Origin: Candidatus Nanohalobium sp.
GTDB lineage: Archaea > Nanohalarchaeota > Nanosalinia > Nanosalinales > Nanosalinaceae
Length of the DNA stretch: 7,941 nt
Reading direction: 5' to 3'
Assembly: GCA_042217545.1 (NCBI GenBank)
Contig: JBDGSM010000061.1
Location: 1-7,941 of the forward strand
Of the stretch, positions 1 to 7,613 are shown piece by piece. A model generated the notes under the pieces. The model made no database searches. It saw only the letters and a program-made list of their open reading frames with translations, and was not told the origin of the DNA. The position numbers and the translations under genes are program-made. Each line of letters begins with the position of its first letter. The stretch's first letter is position 1.

Positions 1-2326
<2,326 letters not shown>

Positions 2327-2760
2327 CCAGTTTCAGGCACCAGCTTGAATTGCTCCACGGCCAAGAAAAACTCAGCCACAAACAAAAAGCAACTCAAGCC
2401 AGAGAAATAAGGTATATGTCTCGGTAACCCGGCTATCACAAAAGCAAATTCTTGTGATAGCAGTGGTGGTCGAAAAAACCCCTACTTACACCAGATACCA
2501 ACGACACAAACCGTCGTACACGGAGGCAACCGCGTTCTCGGCGTGCACTACTATCGCCCACATCGTAAATTCAGGCGACACATTCGTGCTAAGGACACCC
2601 AACTTATGGACGCCCTGAGTAGGATACGTAAATAACCCACACAGCCAATCAGGCTGTAAGGATTAAACAAGCCTTAACAGTTAAAAACCCGACCAAAAAC
2701 CAATCAAGGCCTTGCCGGGAACAACTGCCTCAGCCCGCATCCTACAAAGAAAACTCTAAA

Positions 2761-2823
2761 CTTTAAATAGGGTGGGACCCTTACCGATTAAGGCCTCCGC
2801 TCCCGACTTTCCATTTAAAAAAA
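2761..2823. promoter_or_regulatory. Candidate divergent promoter region for 23S (minus) and tRNA-Ala (plus)
   Basis: Two TATA-like boxes, TTTAAATA at 2762-2769 and TTTAAAAA at 2814-2821, lie between two divergently oriented stable-RNA genes. The TTTAAA core is palindromic, so direction cannot be assigned from sequence. Confidence 0.45.
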
Positions 2824-2855
2824 TAGCCGCCGACAACAAAAACACAGATCAAGAG

Positions 2856-3062
2856 GGGCCCTTAGTTCAGTCTGGCAGAACGTCCCCCTTGCAGGAACTG
2901 GTTACGCTCAGATTCCACGAAAACCTCTTCCGAGGTTTTCTGGAGCAGAAGACCTCACAAAGGTCTTCGAGACACGCAAGGAGGCCTTCAATGAAGGCCT
3001 CTCGGAGGCGGAATCAGTTCGGAGACAGGGGAAGGCCCAGGGTTCAAATCCCTGAGGGTCCA
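2856..3062 (+). tRNA. tRNA-Ala(UGC) with a 133-nt intron at position 37/38; exons 2856-2893 and 3027-3062; CCA not encoded
   Basis: Acceptor stem GGGCCCT/AGGGTCC with the G3:U70 alanine determinant and A73. D stem GTTC/GAAC. Anticodon stem TCCCC/GGGGA with loop CT-TGC-A|A. T arm CAGGG-TTCAAAT-CCCTG. Confidence 0.95.
2894..3026 (+). other. Archaeal tRNA intron with a relaxed bulge-helix-bulge junction
   Basis: Bulges C36-A37-G2894 and A3025-C3026-A38. Central helix CUUG/GGAG gives 3 pairs plus a G.G. A 9-bp closing helix GAACTGGTT (2895-2903) pairs with AATCAGTTC (3012-3020). Removing the segment restores a canonical cloverleaf. Confidence 0.9.
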
Positions 3063-3199
3063 CTTTCAGTGAACATCAGGAATTTGAATCGAGAAAACTT
3101 GTTTTCGTCTTCAAATCCCTGAGGGTCCAACTCACGTTTAATTCGTTGGACATCAGTCCACTAAACCTTTGGTTTAGAATCCTGAGGGTCCATCTCACG
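3043..3199 (+). repeat. Tandem repeats of the tRNA-Ala 3' end embedded in hairpin units
   Basis: TTCAAATCCCTGAGGGTCCA at 3043-3062 is repeated exactly at 3110-3129 and partially (AATCCTGAGGGTCCA) at 3178-3192. Degenerate inverted copies occur at 3070-3088 and 3147-3156. Confidence 0.9.
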
Positions 3200-3200
3200 G

Positions 3201-3211
3201 GTTTTTCTTTC
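3201..3211 (+). terminator. Candidate oligo-T terminator for the tRNA transcript
   Basis: GTTTTTCTTTC directly after the repeat units and before the stop of the convergent MFS gene. Archaeal terminators are typically U-tracts. Confidence 0.4.
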
Positions 3212-3216
3212 AGCAG

Positions 3217-4488
3217 TTAGTTTTCTCTGTAGACGAAGTACGCAGTGTAAAGGATGTAGAATACTGCTGCTACGAGGAGGGAGCCGAAGAGGAAAGGACT
3301 CCAGTATGCGAAATATGTGTAGAGGCCTCCTGCGATTACCGGTCCTGTTGCCCGAGCGAGGCTTCCGGCGCTCTGTGTCAGTCCGAATGCGCCGCCCTGC
3401 ATCGAGCTATCGGCGGAGCGGGATACAAGCGTGTTCAGGGATACGTTAAGGACTCCGTTTCCGAACGCGTATACGGCGAGGATAACCAGTAGAGCTATCA
3501 GGCCTGGCGTAAGGATCGCCTGCCCGGGAATGAACCATAGAATATTCCCGATCTGGGGTGCGAAAGGTATCAGTGCAAGGCCTATTCCTCCAATTATGGC
3601 TCCGGCGATTCCGAGGTAGCTTTCGTCGTATCTTTCTGTCAGTTTTCTTATCAGGCCTCCCTGGATTATGGCTATGAGAACTCCTACGTATACAAGCAGA
3701 AGGCCTCCCTGGGTGGTGCTGAACCCGAACTTGTCCTGGAGGTAGGGTAGGAACATCACCTCCATGCCTGAGAAGGCGAAGGAGGTCAGGAAGAAGGAAG
3801 TTATCAGTTTTCTTAGCTTTGAGTCCGATAGAGCATCCTTCAGTGCCGAGATCCCCATCTCTCCCTTGACGCTGAAATCTGCCTTTGTCTCCGGCAGGAA
3901 TGCGTATGCCATTCCCAGGTTCAGCAGGCTCAATGCTGCGGCGGTGAAGCTTGGAAGCGTGTACTTGTTGATCGTCAGGAAGCCCAAGATGTCAGAGAAA
4001 AACTGTACCGTTGGCCCATAGCTCATTAACGCTCCGAGTCCCGGTCCGAATACGAATCCGAGTCCGAAAGCGGCACCTATCAGGCCCAGGCCAGCGGCTC
4101 TATCCTCTTCCGAGGTTATATCAGCGATATAGGCCTGGGCTGCTGCTATGTTACCTCCCATAGCTCCTGCGATAAGCCTAGCGATGAATAGGAAGATCAG
4201 GCTTGAAGCAAGTCCGAAAAGCGTCCAGGCTATGACACTGCCCAGTATAGAAAATATCAGTATTGGTCTGCGACCTCTCTGATCGCTCAACCGTCCAAGT
4301 ACTGGCAGTGCGAAGAACTGTGTGATCGAGTACGATGCCGTCAGAAGGCCTATGATTAATGCGTTGGCGCCGAAGCTTTCGGCGTAGTACGGCAGTATGG
4401 GGATGATGATTCCGAAACCCGGCAAGTCGATAAATACTACTGTCAGTACTGTGAAAAGCGATCTTCTCTGAGATTTCGACAGATCCAG
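3217..4488 (-). CDS. MFS transporter, TetA/DHA1-like drug:H+ antiporter family (start probably CTG at 4488; first canonical start is TTG 4425)
   Basis: About 12 hydrophobic segments, motif A (GRLSDQRGRRP), motif B-like (FIARLIAG) and antiporter motif C (GFVFGPGLG). The in-frame upstream extension LDLSKSQRRSLFTVLTVVFIDLPGFGIIIPILP completes TM1. Confidence 0.9.
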   Translation of the reverse strand: MDLSKSQRRSLFTVLTVVFIDLPGFGIIIPILPYYAESFGANALIIGLLTASYSITQFFALPVLGRLSDQRGRRPILIFSILGSVIAWTLFGLASSLIFLFIARLIAGAMGGNIAAAQAYIADITSEEDRAAGLGLIGAAFGLGFVFGPGLGALMSYGPTVQFFSDILGFLTINKYTLPSFTAAALSLLNLGMAYAFLPETKADFSVKGEMGISALKDALSDSKLRKLITSFFLTSFAFSGMEVMFLPYLQDKFGFSTTQGGLLLVYVGVLIAIIQGGLIRKLTERYDESYLGIAGAIIGGIGLALIPFAPQIGNILWFIPGQAILTPGLIALLVILAVYAFGNGVLNVSLNTLVSRSADSSMQGGAFGLTQSAGSLARATGPVIAGGLYTYFAYWSPFLFGSLLVAAVFYILYTAYFVYREN

Positions 4489-4510
4489 ATAGAGAATTAA
4501 CTGAAGTGAG

Positions 4511-4517
4511 TATAATA
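4511..4517 (-). promoter_or_regulatory. Candidate TATA box of the MFS gene
   Basis: Minus-strand TATTATA ends 23 nt before CTG 4488, the same spacing seen for the pilin and kinase genes. Confidence 0.5.
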
Positions 4518-4557
4518 TTCCTTGGGGAAGAAGCCCCTACTGTTCACGTTTTTCCAG

Positions 4558-5007
4558 TCAGCTCGTGTAGCCTCTGATCTCTTCAGCTTTATCCAGTACA
4601 TGGCCTTTCATGGCTTCTCTGAGGTCTTCCGTCCTGCTTCCGGCTTCAAGGCCTAGAGCAGTGTCAAGAGCGTAAGCCGTGAACCTGAACCTTTCCTCTC
4701 CAGGATACCTTTTGGGTCCTTCGTAACCTATTATCTCGAAGTCGTTGTTGCCCTGCATAGCTTCTTCAAAACTTTCAGGTCCTTCACCGATCTCAAGTCC
4801 TTCAGGTGCTTGTTCAACAGCTGCGGGAATGTTCCAGATGATCCAGTAGACGGAACGGGTTTCAGGCGCATTCATATTTTCCATAAGCAGGGCTATAGTC
4901 TCTGCATCTTCAGGAACTTCTTCAAACCTTACTTTGGGCGAAATATTTTCGCCGTACTGCGTATAGCGGTCGGCTATTTCGTCGTCGAAAGGAAGTAAAA
5001 GTCTCAT
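4558..5007 (-). CDS. YbhB/YbcL (PEBP, Raf kinase inhibitor-like) family protein with degenerate conserved motifs
   Basis: Family-pattern segments: YT..GENISP, VP..AETIALLM, W(I)IWNIP, QGNNDF..IGYEGP, FRFTAYALD..L, L.EAMKGHVL. Confidence 0.88.
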   Translation of the reverse strand: MRLLLPFDDEIADRYTQYGENISPKVRFEEVPEDAETIALLMENMNAPETRSVYWIIWNIPAAVEQAPEGLEIGEGPESFEEAMQGNNDFEIIGYEGPKRYPGEERFRFTAYALDTALGLEAGSRTEDLREAMKGHVLDKAEEIRGYTS

Positions 5008-5091
5008 AGCCAGAAGTTATTATCTGGTTTCCAAAACTTTAGAGCACATATTACAGCGGAAAGAACGTTTTCGATTATTCCGGTCTCTGGT

Positions 5092-5526
5092 TCAGGTGCT
5101 GGCGTAGTACCATACGCGGGAGGCCTCATCTGCTATCATCTGTTGCTGGGTGGTTGTCTCTGCGACATCTGCTGATCTGGACCAGTTCCAGTCCTCTCCT
5201 TTGAGGATGCGGTGGTTCCAGAGATCGGGAAGCCTTCGGATCGGCGAGGTTGACTGGGCATAATCATCTATATCAAGGCCGTCGTGGAGGTTCTGGCCGG
5301 TAACAGATGGTTTGAACCTGGCTCTTTCCAGGTTCTTGATTATATCTGTCCTGACCTCTCTTTCATGATCCTCGTCATCTCTTATCGTATCAACTCCTGG
5401 CTCTGAATCATCGGTCCTGTGGAAGAAGTCATTCAGGGTTCTTACAGGGTCTCTGGAGATATCGCCTTCAAGATCGTGCAGGTCATAGCCGTGGTCCTCG
5501 AGTACTCCTGCAGCAGTCTTACTCAA
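5092..5526 (-). CDS. Acidic hypothetical protein (start uncertain; frame stays open upstream to about 5600)
   Basis: 144-aa ORF, rich in Asp/Glu like its neighbours, filling the space between genes. No family recognised. Confidence 0.65.
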   Translation of the reverse strand: MSKTAAGVLEDHGYDLHDLEGDISRDPVRTLNDFFHRTDDSEPGVDTIRDDEDHEREVRTDIIKNLERARFKPSVTGQNLHDGLDIDDYAQSTSPIRRLPDLWNHRILKGEDWNWSRSADVAETTTQQQMIADEASRVWYYAST

Positions 5527-5621
5527 CGGTTCTTCAGGCTCTGGTTCGACCCTGAACAGACCTTCACGTACATGAAGGACAGAGCCACCCTGACAAGCAG
5601 GTTAAGGAGCTCAAAGAACTC

Positions 5622-5996
5622 TTGCAGAAGGTCGATCAGGAAGCGGATAAGGTAGCTGAAATCAGGAAGAAGAAGGAAGACCTGAAGGACAAGCTCCAGG
5701 ATCTTAGAAGCGAGAAGAGGCAGCTTGAGGACACAGTATCCGACCTGGAGGACACTAAGGACGGGCTACAGGACAAGGTCGATGAAAAGAACGAGGAGAT
5801 CGACGAACTTCAGGAAGAACTGGATGAAGCCCAGGAACATGAGGCAGAGCTTGAAGCGGAGACAGATTCACAGGAGAGAAAGATAGAGAAGCTTAAACAG
5901 GAAAGAGACTCACTTGAAGACTCCGTAGAGGACACGGACGAACTCCTGACCAAGCTCAGGCACCAGGTCGGCCAGTTCGACGAAGAACTGGACTAA
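5622..5996 (+). CDS. Highly acidic coiled-coil protein (start uncertain; frame open upstream)
   Basis: Continuous L/I/V heptad pattern (LKDKLQDLRSEKRQLEDTVSDLEDTKDGLQDKVDEKNEEIDELQEEL), E/D/K-rich, no Pro in the body. Confidence 0.85.
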   Translation: MQKVDQEADKVAEIRKKKEDLKDKLQDLRSEKRQLEDTVSDLEDTKDGLQDKVDEKNEEIDELQEELDEAQEHEAELEAETDSQERKIEKLKQERDSLEDSVEDTDELLTKLRHQVGQFDEELD

Positions 5997-6023
5997 GAAA
6001 AAGGCCTTTCATATCCCTCCAAG

Positions 6024-6034
6024 TTTTTTCTTTT
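6024..6034 (+). terminator. Candidate oligo-T terminator after the coiled-coil gene
   Basis: TTTTTTCTTTT between convergent genes. Confidence 0.4.
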
Positions 6035-6476
6035 ACTCTACCTTGAACTTGCCACGGATCGTCCCGGTATCCGAGACTATGCCCAGTTCTGTGGAGTTAA
6101 ACTCTATCTTCACATCTACTTCCTGGCAGCTCGAGGCCTTTGCAGTACCGTTCAAACGAAATGCGTCCTCGTCCACAGGGGAAATGCTGACGTTAGTATC
6201 TAGTGAAGTGGTATTGCTTCCTGAAGTCAAGGTTATCCTCTGGACAGTCGCCTTGTGCGCACCCATGTTCCTGACAAGCAGGGCAAGATCCCCGTTTGTA
6301 TCAGCAGCCATATCCGCGATCTTAAGCTGGTTTGTCATTGGAGAACTCATCTGCTCCCTGCACTGGTTATGAGGAAGATAGCTGTTGTAGAAAACACCGG
6401 CTGCGATGGCAACGACCACCAGCATCCAGCCATAAGTAGACATGTACTCGATCGCCGACTGTCCCTTCAATCTCAT
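6033..6476 (-). CDS. Type IV pilin-like protein with class III signal peptide
   Basis: N-terminus MRLKG|QSAIEYMSTYGWMLVVVAIAAGVFY: basic residue plus Gly at -1, Gln +1, Glu +5, then a hydrophobic helix. It is followed by a Ser/Thr/Asn-rich beta-type domain with two Cys and several N-x-S/T sequons. Confidence 0.85.
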   Translation of the reverse strand: MRLKGQSAIEYMSTYGWMLVVVAIAAGVFYNSYLPHNQCREQMSSPMTNQLKIADMAADTNGDLALLVRNMGAHKATVQRITLTSGSNTTSLDTNVSISPVDEDAFRLNGTAKASSCQEVDVKIEFNSTELGIVSDTGTIRGKFKVE

Positions 6477-6498
6477 AGAGAAAAGTTCTGGTTCTTGA

Positions 6499-6541
6499 CT
6501 TAAGATGGTTTCCCCACCGACCAGAGAACGAACTTATAATC
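6499..6541. promoter_or_regulatory. Candidate divergent TATA boxes for the pilin (minus) and kinase (plus) genes
   Basis: CTTAAG at 6504-6499 is -28 to -23 from ATG 6476. TTATAA at 6534-6539 is -28 to -23 from GTG 6562 and is preceded by a purine-rich BRE-like stretch. Consistent with leaderless mRNAs. Confidence 0.5.
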
Positions 6542-6561
6542 AAAGAGCACAGTTCATATAC

Positions 6562-7497
6562 GTGTCAGAGCTACCGGAAGAGAAGGCCAGAGAACTCGCA
6601 GAAAAAATAATCCGGGAGAAAGGCCTTGAAAACCTGGAACTTGAAACCGGCAGCGAGGAATCCTCCAACAACATATTCGGGACACAGGACCTGTTCATCA
6701 AGATCGAGAAATATGGAGGGATGCGGAAGATGACATATCAGGAACCGGTCATCCTGGAGGAAATCGAACTAAAGGTCAAAACTCCCGAACTCAAAGACTA
6801 CGGACATATAGACGGATATCTCTACAGGATATTCGAAAAAGCCAGGGGAGAAAAACTCGACACGTTATCCCCCGGTAAAACATTCTACGACCTGGACAGA
6901 GATGAACAGAAGGAGAAACTTCGGAATATGGGCGAGAACCTGGCGAAGATACACGAAAGCAAAGCCTTCCACCGTTTCGGCACCATCCACACAATGGATG
7001 GAGAGATAAAAGGTGCATCCCGGAAAGGATGGAGTCAAGGCCTAAGAGATATACAGGAGTTCTGGCACGGCATGCTGAGAGATGAAGACTTTGATGAAGA
7101 AGTCGACGAACTTGAGGCCTTCTACAGCGAGAAAGAAGAGCTTCTGGACTCCAGACATGATCCAAGGCTGATACACCAGGAGATGGATTTCAGAAACCTG
7201 CTTTTCCAGGAAGAAGAAATCTGCGTGGTGGACTGGGAGGCAGCGGCAGCAGGAGATCCGCTTATGGATATTATCCTTCTCGAAACTATAATATTCTGGC
7301 TTGAAGATGAACAGGACGAAGAGCTCAGAAAGACCTTGAGAGATGGTTACAGAAGTATAAGACCTCTCCAGATTGATAAGGGGCTTGAAACTGTTTACAG
7401 GGCTGTTGAGCTTTCAAGACTGCTCTATGTATTCCAAAACGATGATGAACGGGTTAAGAGGATTCTGAAGGAGCTTGAAACTGCCTTAAACTCATGA
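6562..7497 (+). CDS. Aminoglycoside phosphotransferase/choline kinase (APH) superfamily protein (GTG 6562 preferred over ATG 6505)
   Basis: LFIKI (beta3 Lys), ENLAKIH, Brenner-like RLIHQEMDFRNLL, metal-binding VVDWE, GDPLMDI and GYRSIRPL are all APH-type motifs. Confidence 0.85.
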   Translation: MSELPEEKARELAEKIIREKGLENLELETGSEESSNNIFGTQDLFIKIEKYGGMRKMTYQEPVILEEIELKVKTPELKDYGHIDGYLYRIFEKARGEKLDTLSPGKTFYDLDRDEQKEKLRNMGENLAKIHESKAFHRFGTIHTMDGEIKGASRKGWSQGLRDIQEFWHGMLRDEDFDEEVDELEAFYSEKEELLDSRHDPRLIHQEMDFRNLLFQEEEICVVDWEAAAAGDPLMDIILLETIIFWLEDEQDEELRKTLRDGYRSIRPLQIDKGLETVYRAVELSRLLYVFQNDDERVKRILKELETALNS

Positions 7498-7537
7498 GAA
7501 ATATCTGAAAATGAAGTGATAAGGTAGGAGAGATGGT

Positions 7538-7602
7538 AAAGACCTAACTCTTTGGAAAAGTTAGGGTGTTGCTTCCCGGGGTTTCAGTTTTCCGGGAAAG
7601 CA
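7538..7602 (-). terminator. Two hairpins in the 16S trailer; the distal one is followed by a short U-rich run
   Basis: Inverted repeats TTCCCGG (7573-7579)/CCGGGAA (7592-7598) and CCTAACT (7543-7549)/AGTTAGG (7559-7565), then TCTTT on the minus strand. Confidence 0.4.
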
Positions 7603-7613
7603 TGGTTTGTTTT

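Noticed and set aside
2680..2815. Possible RNase P or SRP RNA on the minus strand (GGAAAGTC, GCAAGGCC)
   Set aside because: No matching 3' P4 strand and no SRP helix-8 motif were found; the matches are too short.
2894..3026. Intron as a box C/D or H/ACA guide RNA
   Set aside because: No CUGA. The only C-box-like ATGAAGG is buried in a stem, and the hairpins lack pseudouridylation pockets.
2772..3122. 116-aa ORF across the tRNA and intron (possible intron-encoded protein)
   Set aside because: It spans both tRNA exons, is basic and low-complexity unlike the acidic proteome, and has no LAGLIDADG or other nuclease motif.
3043..3199. CRISPR array or split-tRNA 3' halves
   Set aside because: The repeats are tRNA-derived, 20 nt or shorter and degenerate, the spacers are self-complementary, and no cas genes are present. 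The copies lack the 5' T-stem strand and anticodon 3' strand and form no BHB, so they are not typical split-tRNA pieces.
6505..6561. N-terminal extension of the kinase from ATG 6505
   Set aside because: It overlaps the candidate divergent promoters; GTG 6562 has the expected TATA spacing.
3431..7165. Opposite-strand or alternate-frame ORFs 3431-3619, 3764-4021, 4810-4998, 5419-5655, 6043-6372, 6255-6503 and 6791-7165
   Set aside because: Each overlaps a better-supported gene and lacks recognisable motifs or the acidic composition.
3217..7497. Antibiotic-resistance island (TetA-like MFS plus APH) integrated at tRNA-Ala
   Set aside because: Both families are widespread with diverse substrates and the kinase lacks the catalytic Asp. 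There is no integrase and no distal tRNA-end repeat bounding the genes.
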